A DNA stretch of 64,000 nt from Diplonema japonicum. Its lineage: Eukaryota > Protista > Euglenozoa: Diplonemea. Below, one piece after another: positions 32,855-43,910 of this stretch. The stretch is from contig OZ025663.1 of assembly GCA_964019335.1 (NCBI GenBank), forward strand, positions 558,001-622,000, written 5' to 3'. Below the pieces are notes generated by a model that made no database searches, was not told the DNA's origin, and saw nothing but the letters and a program-made list of their open reading frames with translations. Every line of letters begins with the position of its first letter. Position 1 is the stretch's first letter. Position numbers and translations under genes: made by a program.

Positions 32855-35032
32855 ATGGGGTGCTGCTGGTCTAAGAAGGACGGCGTGCTGTTAGAAGATG
32901 ACGTGTTGCGCAACATCGGGCAGAACGTGACCACAGCTCAGGTTGAAAACTTCGAACAGCCGTTGAAACCCGTGGAGACTTCAGGCGGCACCGCTGCATT
33001 CTTCTCAGTTCTGTACAGAGAGGACAAGGTACCAAGAGGCAAGACCAGAGGGTACTGGATAGGGAAGGACCTAGCTCATGCCTCAGATGAGCTGGATTTC
33101 TACGAAAAGGCATACCGGCTACGTCGCATTGAGAAAAGCAAATGGCCGATATTCCAGTTCATGTTTGACTACGGTGGTGTTGCTGAGATGTCCTGCCTCA
33201 CTGCAGACGGGAAGGTCGAGACACGCCGGCAACTGCTCCTCCGCAACATCCTTGACGAGACAACGAAGCTTCGCCTTATTGACATTAAGATCGGCGCGGT
33301 CACCGGTGTCGGCGGATGGCAGGGCAAGTCGCACATCCACGCCATGAAGAACAAGGTGGTCGACCACACGACCAACTCGCACATCGAAGGCTTCCGTGCT
33401 GAGGGGTTTGACAACTCCCCTGAAGCTCTCGAGACGCTCCTTGAAGCCGACACCACAAACAAGATTCCCGGCCGGCAAGGCGGGAAGAAGCTGGCCCTTC
33501 AGCGCCTCCCTGCTTGCGAGTTCCTCACCTACTTCTGCCTCATGGACGGGGATGACGGTACCGCAGACCGCTACTCTGGCCTCGAGGTCGCGATGCTCGC
33601 CGTGCAGCAGACCGTCCAGAAGCTCATCACTGTCCTCTCGACAGCTGCCGTGATGCCCATCCCGCAGCAATGGATCGGCTCTTCCGCTGCTCTCGCCTTC
33701 GACACCAGCGCCCGCCCCCGGCGTGACGCCAAGATCCCCGACCATCTCGGCAGGGTGCACCTCTTCGACTGGGGCAGGTCCGAGCTCACTACAGAGGACA
33801 TGTACAAGGTGCTAGGTGCGCAGCAACAGAAAGCGCGTGCGTCGCATTGGGCGGAGTGGGTGGGTGGCATGCTGCGGCTGTCGTTTGAAGTCTCTCGGTT
33901 TTACAGACGGCAGTACTGCCCGAAGAAACGGTGGACCAGAGTGAGGTTCAAGGTGTGGTCGCACGCGAGGAACAACGACCTGCAGAGTACCGTGTCGGGG
34001 ACAGAGATAGGAGTGGCGACAGTCGACTTGCGGGAAGCAAGCACATATGGCGTGGTGAAGGACCTGGAGCTACAAACAGGCGGGTTCAGAAGAGCGATGA
34101 TCATGAAGACGGTCGGGCTGACGACCAACGCGGTGAAGCAGAAGATGAAGATGTCCCCCCGGAATGGAAACAGCAAGGCACTGCTTCGCGTGAAGATCGA
34201 ACCGCGCCAAGTGGTGAAGAACAGCTGCTTCGAAGAGATGTGGGTGGTGCACGTCATCCACGCCTCATCACTCCCGAAGACAGATGTGGTGGGGTGGTGC
34301 AACCCTGTCGTCACTGTGTGCATGGTGGACGACGTGGGCGCCGAGGCACGGCTGCGGACAAGGATCATACGGAACACAAGCGACCCGCTGTGGAACGAAA
34401 AATTGTATTTCGGGGCAGCGAAGGAGGAGTTTAAGAAGTCAAAAAGCTTGCTGCCGAAGTGCTACCACTCACGAGCGCCTGGCGACACCATCATGGAGTG
34501 GGACCTAGCGGCAGGGCAACACGGCGATTTAAAGATAGGACTACGGTTATTCCGAGACCTGTACTTTCATGGGGACACGCAGGGCCTCACCAGCGAGGAG
34601 AGGGATGAACTCAATGATGACATCTTAAACAAGACAATGGTGGCCACGAACGAGACAGAACAGAAGTTGGAGGTCACCCAGAAGCTTCTAGAGGCAGAGA
34701 TGCGGCGAACAGAAGCACTCGAGGACGAGATAAGAAAATTGAAACGCAGCTCTTGCACCCCATCTCAAGCTACCACAGTCCCTCCTACCATTACCCCCAC
34801 CACTACCCCTACCACTATCCAATCTACAACAAGAAGAGTCGCAACGGGGTCTCTCGTATCTCCAAAGACCCCATCAGGCAGGGGCCGGGCCTACATCACC
34901 CACCCTTCATCCCCGTCCTCTGCCCACTCTGATAATTTTACGAATACCTGGCCCACATACCCTCTCACCCCTATTGGCCGGGGACGTGGTTTTGCCATCC
35001 CCCAATCCTCTAGCTATGTTTTCAGCACTTAA
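32855..35032 (+). CDS. Inositol polyphosphate kinase-fold protein with C2 domain(s) and N-terminal MGCC acylation motif
   Basis: IPK-type motifs ELDFYE, LLLRNI...LIDIKIG, TNS...GFR.EG, IGSS and LFDWG. C2 motifs VHVIHASSLPKTDVVGWCNPVV...RTRIIRNTSDPLWNEKLYF. Coiled coil and S/T/P-rich tail. Confidence 0.7.
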   Translation: MGCCWSKKDGVLLEDDVLRNIGQNVTTAQVENFEQPLKPVETSGGTAAFFSVLYREDKVPRGKTRGYWIGKDLAHASDELDFYEKAYRLRRIEKSKWPIFQFMFDYGGVAEMSCLTADGKVETRRQLLLRNILDETTKLRLIDIKIGAVTGVGGWQGKSHIHAMKNKVVDHTTNSHIEGFRAEGFDNSPEALETLLEADTTNKIPGRQGGKKLALQRLPACEFLTYFCLMDGDDGTADRYSGLEVAMLAVQQTVQKLITVLSTAAVMPIPQQWIGSSAALAFDTSARPRRDAKIPDHLGRVHLFDWGRSELTTEDMYKVLGAQQQKARASHWAEWVGGMLRLSFEVSRFYRRQYCPKKRWTRVRFKVWSHARNNDLQSTVSGTEIGVATVDLREASTYGVVKDLELQTGGFRRAMIMKTVGLTTNAVKQKMKMSPRNGNSKALLRVKIEPRQVVKNSCFEEMWVVHVIHASSLPKTDVVGWCNPVVTVCMVDDVGAEARLRTRIIRNTSDPLWNEKLYFGAAKEEFKKSKSLLPKCYHSRAPGDTIMEWDLAAGQHGDLKIGLRLFRDLYFHGDTQGLTSEERDELNDDILNKTMVATNETEQKLEVTQKLLEAEMRRTEALEDEIRKLKRSSCTPSQATTVPPTITPTTTPTTIQSTTRRVATGSLVSPKTPSGRGRAYITHPSSPSSAHSDNFTNTWPTYPLTPIGRGRGFAIPQSSSYVFST

Positions 35033-35105
35033 AAGGGAAAAAAAAAAAAAAAAAAAAAAAAAGCTAATTTACTAAGAACGAAAAAATCGGGTTTTGTTTT
35101 TATTG

Positions 35106-35138
<33 letters not shown>

Positions 35139-35408
35139 CCGAGGGCCCGAGGGTAGAAAAAAAAAAGAAGAAAAAAAAAAAAGAGGAAGAAAGAGAAGAG
35201 AAGGAGAATAATTCCTTACGACTATATATGTCTTTGTTGGTCCACTCCGGTCTGGCGCGGAGGCCGGGAGGTAGGAGATTTTTCCCTCTCTCCGCTTTGG
35301 CCGTCCTCGGCGGTATTTGTACTTTCTGCTTTTTGTTGTTGTTCGCACGAGCAAAGAAAAAAAGAAGAAAAAAAGGGTTTAAAAAATAAAAATAAAAAAC
35401 TGTGAAAG

Positions 35409-35441
<33 letters not shown>

Positions 35442-35498
35442 TGAATTAGTGTGAATTTCTTCCTGGTAAGCACCCCCCATGCACACTGAAATTTTATC

Positions 35499-35531
<33 letters not shown>

Positions 35532-35616
35532 CTTTCTCTTTTTTTTTTTTGCTCGGCATGCATATAGTTACAAGATCATTTTTTTGAACGATAAATATTT
35601 GTAGCAAAAGGAGAAG

Positions 35617-35654
<38 letters not shown>

Positions 35655-36689
35655 TGCATTTCGATGATTGAGCTTCTCGGCACCTAGAAGGTAACAATGA
35701 CTCCCTGTTTGACCGAAGAAGAATTTTCAAGAATCGAAGAAAAAAAAAAGACGAAGAAGAAACCATTCTGAAAATGCTCAGGGCAAGCCATCGGTTTGCG
35801 CAGCGAATCACGTAAGAATCGAACCCCTCCTGGCCCCGGCCTTATGAGAACATGTTTTTTTTTTTTTTTTTCTTCTTTTTTTTCTTTTCTTCTCTTTACA
35901 TCGTAACAACACAGCGCTTTCATCAGTTTTTTTTTTTTTTTTTTTTTTTTTTTTCGAAAATAGGACATCTCTCCAAACAACGCATCAAGATTAAGATATA
36001 GAATGCTTTTTTTTTTTTTTTTTTTTTTCTTTTTTTTTTTTTTCTTCTTTTTTCTTTTTCCCGTTTTCGGATGCACCAGTTTAAATCAAAAGAAAATAAG
36101 GTAGAGGAGAAGAAGGAAAGAGAAGGATGGGGGGGGGGGGTAAAAAAGAAAAGAAGAGATACCGCAAACAGGGCTGTGAAGCTGCTGTTGTGTGTTCCAA
36201 TGTGAGCGCCGTCGTGAAATTGAGGGGAAAGAAGGGAAAGAACCCCCCTTCGTTCCTCTACCCCTTGTTTTTTGTTTTTTTTTCCACCTGAAGATTTAAT
36301 GGAAACATTCTTTAAAGAAAGAAGTCCCCCAGGTGATGAGACTAAGCGACTAACTGCTGGCCTTCCCCCCCTTTTTGTTGTTGTTGGGAATGAAGTCTGT
36401 AAGAATTGGTTGTGCTCATGCTTCAAGCCAACAAGACAGGATTTCTTTTCCTGGTAAGAAAAGGGCTTCATTCCCCCTTTTTTTTTTCTTCTCCCAAAGG
36501 CGAACTAGCTACATGCTTCTAGTCCATGTGCCTGTTCGCCTGCTTTGTGTTTTTTTTTTCTCTTTCATCCCCCCCTTTTTTCCATTGCGATAAAAAAAAA
36601 AAGAAAGGCACAGAAAGGTGTTGGGCTGCGAAGGGGGGGGGGGGGGGGGGGAGGGGCACTATCGTTACTGTATCTGTGTACAGTTTACC

Positions 36690-36720
<31 letters not shown>

Positions 36721-37607
36721 TCTTGAAATAGTCAATCCAGAGATAGAGCGATTTGTCTCCCCCCCCCCTTCTTCTCCCTTTTTTCCCCGACACCTATGAT
36801 GATGAAAAAATAAAAGATATTTTTATGCTCCCCCCCCGCTAATATTCCCCCATCATGGGGGGTTTTTTTTTTGAACTTAGCCTATCTGCCTCCACCCCAG
36901 AAAATTAGAAGAAAAGGAGAAAAAGAAAAAAAATCGAGAAAACGTTTGGACTTTTTTTTGACGTTCCCCCCCCCTCCCCCTTTTCTCCAAGCAAACGAGG
37001 AAGAAGAAGAAGAAAAGAAAGAACTCGATGTGAAAACTAATATGAACTTCCTCCACTTCCTACTCTCTTTCCTTGGCAAAGAAAAAAGAAAAGTGGCACG
37101 TCTTAGCCATATTGTTACTAAGTACCGCTTGGGTACGTTTTGATTCAGGGCACTTCTTTTTCCCCCTTTTTTTTGTTGTTCCTTGTTTTGTGTATGCTGT
37201 GCTTTTGATGTTCTCTTCTCCACTTTATCAGACCCCCATCCGCCCCATCTTTTTATTTGTTTCAGCTCCTTCCCCCCCCCCCCCCCCCCCCCCTCCATTG
37301 TGCACTTGTCCGGTGAGTTACTTTCTTTATTAGTACTGCGGGAAGTATTTTTTTTTTCCTTCATGAAAAATGATTTTTTTTTAGATCTCTTTCGTCCCAA
37401 CAAGAAAAAAAAAAAGCAAATCGGAAAAAAAAGAAGGGAGGGGGGGGGGGGGTAAACACAGCACACGTAACTTCACAGGTGCATTTTTATTTTGCTCGTT
37501 CCCCCCCCCCCTTTTTTATTATAGATCATCCCCCTTTTTTTTAAAAAAGATTTTTTTTTAAAACCAAAACAAAAAAAGAAAAACAAAAGGAAATAATAAA
37601 AAAAAAA

Positions 37608-38708
37608 ATGCTCCGAGGAACGTCCAACGGCCTAGACCCCCATGGCGTAGCGAAGGTAAGAAGGGGTGTGTCCCCGCCAGGGAGGGCAAAGGTGAGGCCG
37701 GCCCCAGCACCAAGGCATCAAATCATGAGGCAGATCGGCAGAGGGACGACGACGAACAATGTTTCACAAGAAAGCAGTACGCAAAACGTATGCAGCATGA
37801 ACGCTGCTCTTCCAAGACCGATAGCAGGTATTCACACGGTCTTGCCAACTACTTCGAGAACACTGCAAAGGGTATTTTCCTTAAACTCAGGAGCCTCTTC
37901 CATCCAAGGCAGGCGTCCCACTATGGAAGACGTTCACAGCGTAAACCTCAACATGCCTTGGTTCACTCCCGGGCAGGTCGCTTCTTTGTCATACGCTGCA
38001 GTATATGACGGCCACTGCGGTAGACATGTTGCTGAGCTGGCGTCTACGTTGCTCCCATCGTTGATCTTATCACAGCGATGCTTCCCAGCTGATCCTGCCT
38101 CTGCCATTATGCAGGCTTTTGTGTCAGCCGACAGAAGTATCTACAAGAAAATCAAAGGAAGAGATGGCGGGTCGACATGCACAGCAGCATTATTCGTTGG
38201 TAACGATTTATACATTGGAAATCTAGGCGATGCAAGGGCTGTTCTTGTTGAATCCACAGGGAAGGGTATGGCGCTGTCGAAGGATCATAAACCAAACGTT
38301 CCAGGAGAGAGGATGAGGGTGGAAGCGGCGGGGGGTAATGTAACATTCGGTAGGGTCGGCGGTTGTCTTGCAGTGTCAAGGGCATTCGGCGATTTCGATT
38401 TCAAGGGTGCGGCGAAGGTTCTTTCTGATACTAACGAACCAATGGTTTCCAACATACCTGATGTGACGAAGGTTACATTGACCGATTCATGTGAAGCTCT
38501 CATTCTTGCTTGTGATGGGCTTTGGGATGTTGTGAGCTGTGACGAAGCCGCGAAGACCGTGCACGTCTCGCTCCTTTCCCACACGGGATTTCCGCTGCCT
38601 AAGGCGTGTGCTAAAGCAGCCGAGGCTCTCACCCAGCTTGCGCTCATTAAGGGTTCTACGGACAACGTTACTGTTGTAGTCCTCACCCTTCACAACACCA
38701 TCGTCTAG
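37608..38708 (+). CDS. Protein phosphatase 2C (PPM family)
   Basis: QGRRPTMED, VYDGHCG, GST, NLGDARAVL, LSKDHKP, LAVSRAFGD, LILACDGLWDV, GSTDNVT. Confidence 0.93.
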   Translation: MLRGTSNGLDPHGVAKVRRGVSPPGRAKVRPAPAPRHQIMRQIGRGTTTNNVSQESSTQNVCSMNAALPRPIAGIHTVLPTTSRTLQRVFSLNSGASSIQGRRPTMEDVHSVNLNMPWFTPGQVASLSYAAVYDGHCGRHVAELASTLLPSLILSQRCFPADPASAIMQAFVSADRSIYKKIKGRDGGSTCTAALFVGNDLYIGNLGDARAVLVESTGKGMALSKDHKPNVPGERMRVEAAGGNVTFGRVGGCLAVSRAFGDFDFKGAAKVLSDTNEPMVSNIPDVTKVTLTDSCEALILACDGLWDVVSCDEAAKTVHVSLLSHTGFPLPKACAKAAEALTQLALIKGSTDNVTVVVLTLHNTIV

Positions 38709-38742
38709 TTGTTATTTGTGTTTTCTTTTATTTTATTAAGAT

Positions 38743-38877
38743 GGTGGGGATAACATGAAAAGAATAATAAGAAAAACATCAGATGTGTTGTTCGCTGTTG
38801 ACCTCCTCGTCGGTCATCACCGGTAGCACCCGAGTGGAAGATCATAAAGCAGATGCTCAGGGTGACGAACAGGCAGC
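38743..38877 (+). ncRNA. Candidate HDV-like (nested double pseudoknot) self-cleaving ribozyme
   Basis: P1 GGTGGGG(38743-49)/CATCACC(38815-21), one mismatch. P2 GCTGTTG(38794-800)/CAGGCAGC(38870-77). P3 ACC/GGT with loop TCCTCGTC. P1.1 GG(38822-23). P4 CACCCGAG/CTCAGGGTG. J4/2 CGAA with putative catalytic C38866. Confidence 0.6.
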
Positions 38878-39100
38878 AAACTGCACGAGCGCAGAATCTT
38901 GGTTACCCGGGACGCCCCGGCTGGGGTTGAGCTGCACACCGCACGCATTAAGGACACGACGCGGAACGCAGAAGAAGCTACAACTCGGCCGCGGTGCGCC
39001 CCCTGTAATCAAGTCGACAGTTCTTGTGCGGGCGCCGCCAACACCGGCCTCCTTTAACTCATATATTTATTTTTTATTTTATTTTATTTTATTTTTTTTT
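38743..39100 (+). mobile_element. Dispersed SINE-like retroposon, copy 2 (more complete)
   Basis: Homologous to 8476-8760 and GC-rich within AT-rich flanks. The 3' end runs into (TTTTA)n. Confidence 0.7.
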
Positions 39101-39109
39101 TCTTTCCAG

Positions 39110-39141
<32 letters not shown>

Positions 39142-40150
39142 ACAAAACATGGTACGCGGATTTTGAATTTTCCGGTTTTACGGTTGGAAAGTTATAAATT
39201 TGCTTATCGTGTTTTTTTGTAGTTTCTCTCCCCCCCCCTTCTTTTTTTGTTCTTTCTTTTTTTTTCTCAGCGGATGATAAAAGGATATCTCCAGAGGAAG
39301 AAGAAGAAAATGGATTGTAAGTTATGATACAAAAGAAAAAGAAAGAAAAAGAAGAATATACTTGTGTCTTTTTGCCTAAGGTAATAAAAATCATTTCTTT
39401 TTTTTTTTGCGAGATATGTCTGTAACTGGATTAGTTGGCATGTGGCATCGCTGTTCTTTTTGAAAGATAACTAATTGTAACAAAAAAAAGAAGAAGGAAG
39501 TAAAAAAAGAAAAGAAAAAAAAAACAGATATACGCACGCATATTTGCCAGCCCCCATCCCCCCCTTTTTTTTTACGATAAATTCACAACCAAAGAATTTC
39601 TTTTCTTTTAATAATTCTTCCTCTTCACACACACAAACACATAGACACCTGAAAGAGAGAACACACAGGTAGTACCTTTCTCTTTCTCTTTCGCTTGTTA
39701 GTTCCCCCTCTTTTTCCTGTTTTCAAAAAAAAGAAAAAAAAAAAGAAATGGGTTTTCGGCTGAGTGAGGCTACCGATTTCATTGTGAGGATGGCTTACCA
39801 AGCTTTTCCAACCAATGTATCTCTCTTTTTGTGACATTACTGCAGTACAAAGAAAACAAAGAAAAAGAAGAAAATTATCCCCCTCCTTCTTCCGTGAAGA
39901 AAGAAGGGATGAAGAAAAAAAAAATGAAAATGCATTCTGAGTGCCCCCACTTTTTTTTTTAAAAGAGAAAGTTTTCTTTTTCGTTTTCAAAATAATCGGA
40001 AAGAATCAGAAGCATCTCTTCTCCTTCCCCCCCCGCTTCCCTTCATTCATTTACACCGCCCCCTCTCTTTTTTTATTTTGTTTCTATCTTTCAAGAACAA
40101 AAAAAAAAAAAAGAAAAAAAAGAAAAAAAAACAAACCAGCCCAGGTACCA

Positions 40151-41881
40151 ATGTTGCAAGACGAATGGTGCACAGAGAAAGACTCGCCACAACTAGACAG
40201 AGAGGCGTTTACAAACCGGTGCCAAGAGGGCATCGTGGGGGGTGTGGTACAGAGGTACAAGTACAAGGATACTCATGAACACCTCAGCACAACGCATGGC
40301 GTAACTGATCTGTGCAGCAGAATGCGTTTTTTCTCTGACTGCAGCCGACTGGTGGTCTGCAGCAAGCTGTGCAGAGTCAAAGTCTTCGACACAAGTAACT
40401 CTCTAAAGCCTGCAGCCGTTCTCCACCACGAGGCCCCTGTGCTTGACACTTGCTACATTGTCAAGAAGCGGCACATTGGTGTGAAGCACATGCTGGTGAC
40501 TTCATCTGCTGACCTCAAGCTCCGTGTCTATGAAGGAAAGAAAGCCAGTTTCCATGGTGTGCGGCCCAGAGTCACACCGCACGCTGACCCGCAGATGGTG
40601 CTGCAGTGGCACGCCGGGTGCAGCACGCTGTTCAGCGGGTCGCACAACGGGGATCTTGTGTCCTGGCGGTTCAGCCACGACGAGTTGTCAGTGCAAACAA
40701 GCAGCCTATCGCACACGCAGCCCATACTCGATATCTACCTGCACCCCACCCTCCCTTCGCTGTTCACGGCCTCGTTAGACACACAAATGCACCAGTGGGA
40801 CCTTGCTCGCATGGCCGATTCCGTAGGCTACCAACCACTACAGTACAGGGGTCATGAAAAGGGTATCTACTGCGTGCGGTACCACGAGCCGCAAAGGATG
40901 ATCCTCACTGCGGGGTTCGAACCTTCGATCAAGTGCTGGGTGGAGGGGCTGACCAACGTGAAGCCCTTCGAGCTGGTTGACCCCAGCATCAGGGACGCCC
41001 ACAAGCACCCCATTGCTGCCATCGAAGTTATCTCTTCAGAACCGCAGATCGTGAGTTGCGACAAGGGCGGCCTTGCAAAGGTGTGGGACTTGCGTATGAT
41101 GCTGCCTGTGCAGAGCTTCATGATATGGCCTGTGGGGCACAGAACGAGGGCCAGCAGGACCACCTCGCCAAGTGAGGTCACGTCGTGGGTGTACCTAGAG
41201 CACCTGAAGACACTACTCTTCAGCACTTCAAAGGATGTTTATGAGTATGAATGCAAGGGCGACGGGCACAGGCACAGTGTGCATTCCACGGCAGCACCCG
41301 ACGTTGCGAAAATAGAGAAGCTGAGGCCCTCCGATGTCTTGGCGAGTTACGGGTCGGAGGCAAGATACATGAACACGGAAGAGATGGAACCCCGGAAAAC
41401 AGACCCGCCGCTTAAGAAAGAAACCCTCAAGGCTGTGTCCCCTTTCAGGTGTAGATTGCAGGCTTTTTGTGAGGAGTCAGTAATGAGTTCGGAAGACTGC
41501 GTGAAGCTAAGAATCCCTCACACAAGGCCCACCGTTCGTGAGGTGCTTGGAGCGAACCGCCCGCAATCAGCACCGCTGCACAGGGGCAGTGACACACGCG
41601 ACAAGGCCACCTCTGACACAGGCATGAGAAATAGGCGTGCTGCCTGCAACCTGAAGCAGATCCTGCAGCACCATTCCCGGTTTTCTCTAAAGCAGGCCTC
41701 GAGGTGCATTCACGCAGATGGCACTGTCGCAGCCTCTAAAAGAACAAAAGCTATCATGCAAACAACCGCTAGGCCCTCACGGGTGTCGGAAGCACCACTG
41801 ATGTATACCTTTGAAAATCGAGTTGGGAACATCCCCGACAGCATGAAGACCCCCAAGAGGAGGAAAGGTAGCAGATTATAG
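40151..41881 (+). CDS. WD40-repeat protein
   Basis: LVTSSADLKLRVYE, LFTASLDTQMHQWDL, YRGHEKGIYCV, IVSCDKGGLAKVWDLR. Confidence 0.85.
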   Translation: MLQDEWCTEKDSPQLDREAFTNRCQEGIVGGVVQRYKYKDTHEHLSTTHGVTDLCSRMRFFSDCSRLVVCSKLCRVKVFDTSNSLKPAAVLHHEAPVLDTCYIVKKRHIGVKHMLVTSSADLKLRVYEGKKASFHGVRPRVTPHADPQMVLQWHAGCSTLFSGSHNGDLVSWRFSHDELSVQTSSLSHTQPILDIYLHPTLPSLFTASLDTQMHQWDLARMADSVGYQPLQYRGHEKGIYCVRYHEPQRMILTAGFEPSIKCWVEGLTNVKPFELVDPSIRDAHKHPIAAIEVISSEPQIVSCDKGGLAKVWDLRMMLPVQSFMIWPVGHRTRASRTTSPSEVTSWVYLEHLKTLLFSTSKDVYEYECKGDGHRHSVHSTAAPDVAKIEKLRPSDVLASYGSEARYMNTEEMEPRKTDPPLKKETLKAVSPFRCRLQAFCEESVMSSEDCVKLRIPHTRPTVREVLGANRPQSAPLHRGSDTRDKATSDTGMRNRRAACNLKQILQHHSRFSLKQASRCIHADGTVAASKRTKAIMQTTARPSRVSEAPLMYTFENRVGNIPDSMKTPKRRKGSRL

Positions 41882-41979
41882 CGTTTTTCTTTTCTTCTTT
41901 GACATTTACACCAGTTCTAGTAGTAATGATTTGTTTTCTCCATAAAACGACTCGTGATGACCATGTACTGGTGGGTAGG

Positions 41980-42903
41980 ATGGCGTCAATGTCGCATGTC
42001 ACTAACATGAAGCCGATCAGCGAGACGCTGCGGCAGAAGATTGCGGTGCTAGAGGGGGTCGCTGTCCCGGAAAGGGACGCATGTGAAATCACTGATGCAG
42101 TGATGGAAAACGGGAGGGAGGCACCGATATGCTCCGAGAAGGTCATGTGCTCTGTGATGGGATGGGATGACATGGCACTGTCTTGCTTCATTGAGTCCCT
42201 TCTTGATGTGAAAGTGCACCGGCTGTCCTGCACAATGTCCAACGACAACGACGACACGCTGTTGGCGGAGATTCAAACCACTGATATGAAGCTTCTGAGC
42301 ATACAGCTTAAGGGTGTGATGCTGCTTCTCCCTTCAACCAACGCCATCAAGTCTATCATGAAGAAAACTCTCCAGAACGTGCTCGACACCGAGAAAAAGA
42401 CAGTTTCTGTTACAGTGGTGAAGACACACAACAGCAACATGTTCGAGGGGTATGACAAGCACCCTGAATACCCATGGGTTTATGTAGTGCGGTTGGGCCC
42501 TGCGAGCGTTGACCCATGGGACGCTGTGGAACTGTATTTTATATCTCTGCAAGAGTACATTTCGACAGCTAGAAGCGTTGCCAGCTCCTTCAGCGCGTGG
42601 TGCTGGTTCTTTTCCCACCACAATACGGTCACCAGTGTGGCCGGCGTCCCTTCGTCTGTTTCGTCTAATCCTCACATCACTGCGATCTGGACGCGGTTGT
42701 CCTCCATCTTCGCATCTCCAGAGACTCTTCCCTTCTCGCAACTGTATGGTGACTCTGTGATTGAGGACGCTATCAGCATGCAGGTCGCAAACACGAGATC
42801 CGACCAGCAGCGGCACGAGGACAAGATGCAGCTCACACAGCACCGCGTCGGGCAGTTCCGCTCTCAGCTCGACGCCCTCAATAAGCAGGCCACATCATAT
42901 TGA
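41980..42903 (+). CDS. Hypothetical protein
   Basis: About 307-aa open frame with coding-like composition, co-directional with its neighbours. No motif recognised. Confidence 0.55.
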   Translation: MASMSHVTNMKPISETLRQKIAVLEGVAVPERDACEITDAVMENGREAPICSEKVMCSVMGWDDMALSCFIESLLDVKVHRLSCTMSNDNDDTLLAEIQTTDMKLLSIQLKGVMLLLPSTNAIKSIMKKTLQNVLDTEKKTVSVTVVKTHNSNMFEGYDKHPEYPWVYVVRLGPASVDPWDAVELYFISLQEYISTARSVASSFSAWCWFFSHHNTVTSVAGVPSSVSSNPHITAIWTRLSSIFASPETLPFSQLYGDSVIEDAISMQVANTRSDQQRHEDKMQLTQHRVGQFRSQLDALNKQATSY

Positions 42904-43028
42904 TTTACACCGATATATTTATTCGTATTAAATTACCTTTCCGCTTTTTTATTTGTTAAGATAGACCTCAAGTGGGATTTGCCTTAAACACCGCCCTTTC
43001 TTTTTACTACGTCGGCACCACAGGCATC

Positions 43029-43847
43029 ATGGCGGACAGAAGGAAGACAATTGCATTACGGGTGATGGGGGGGATCAGTGCCGGGGCATTAGGCACCTTG
43101 GGGCTGATGGCAGGCAGCAGTCTTGGAAGGAAGCAACAGGTGGGGAACGAGGTGAGCTTTGAGAGGGTTCGGATCCCAGAGGAAGAGAGGATGAAGACGT
43201 TCAGCAGCATTGCGGACACATATGACTGGTACATCGAAAGAGACGAGTATCTGATGGGACTGATGTTCCTCAGATGGCGGCTGATGCGGCAGGCAGCTGG
43301 GAACGTGCTAGAAGTGGGAACGGGGACGGGCAGGAACGTATCGTACTATCCGAAAGGGACACACGTGACGTACACAGACCAGTCTGAGGAGATGCTTGCG
43401 GTCACGAAACAGAAATTAGATACTGAGAAGATAGACCCCACTGGGTACCGTCTCCAGCAGATGAAAAGCAACAAGCTTGACTTTCCCAACAACACCTTCG
43501 ACACAGTGACCAGCACCTTCGGTCTATGTTCTTACGAAGACCCCATCGCTTCCTTGAACGAAATGCAGCGTGTCTGCAAACCCGATGGTCGCATCCTCCT
43601 CCTCGAGCACGGCCTTGGGCACTACAGCTGGATAAATAGATGGCTCTCCGACCGTGCCGCTCAGCACGCGCGAAAGTTCGGCTGTGTATGGAACAAGCCC
43701 ATTAGGTCTCTCATCGAGGAGGCCGGCATGAAGGTTGTTGAAGCGAAGCGCTACCACTTTGGCACCACTTACTACTACACAGTGGAGCCCAACAAGACAA
43801 CGATCCCCCGTAGGACGGGGACACGTGGGGTGTTTACCGAGAGTTAA
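43029..43847 (+). CDS. Class I SAM-dependent methyltransferase (OMS1/METTL7-like)
   Basis: VLEVGTGTGRN, DQSEEML, FDTVTSTFGLCS, EMQRVCKPDGRILLLEHG, and an N-terminal hydrophobic segment. Confidence 0.85.
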   Translation: MADRRKTIALRVMGGISAGALGTLGLMAGSSLGRKQQVGNEVSFERVRIPEEERMKTFSSIADTYDWYIERDEYLMGLMFLRWRLMRQAAGNVLEVGTGTGRNVSYYPKGTHVTYTDQSEEMLAVTKQKLDTEKIDPTGYRLQQMKSNKLDFPNNTFDTVTSTFGLCSYEDPIASLNEMQRVCKPDGRILLLEHGLGHYSWINRWLSDRAAQHARKFGCVWNKPIRSLIEEAGMKVVEAKRYHFGTTYYYTVEPNKTTIPRRTGTRGVFTES

Positions 43848-43910
43848 CGGGCGCATTGATAAAACAAATCAACAATAACTTCTTGTAGACCCCTCCCAGT
43901 CAGGTGATAT

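Noticed and set aside
35650-36830. Isolated box-C-like TGATGA motifs in the spacer
   Set aside because: No convincing paired CTGA box, terminal stem or rRNA guide could be identified by eye.
38855-38880. CTCAGGGTGACGAACAGGCAGC resembling SRP (7SL) helix 8
   Set aside because: It lacks the GNRA-capped symmetric loop geometry and is better explained as P4-J4/2-P2 of an HDV-like fold.
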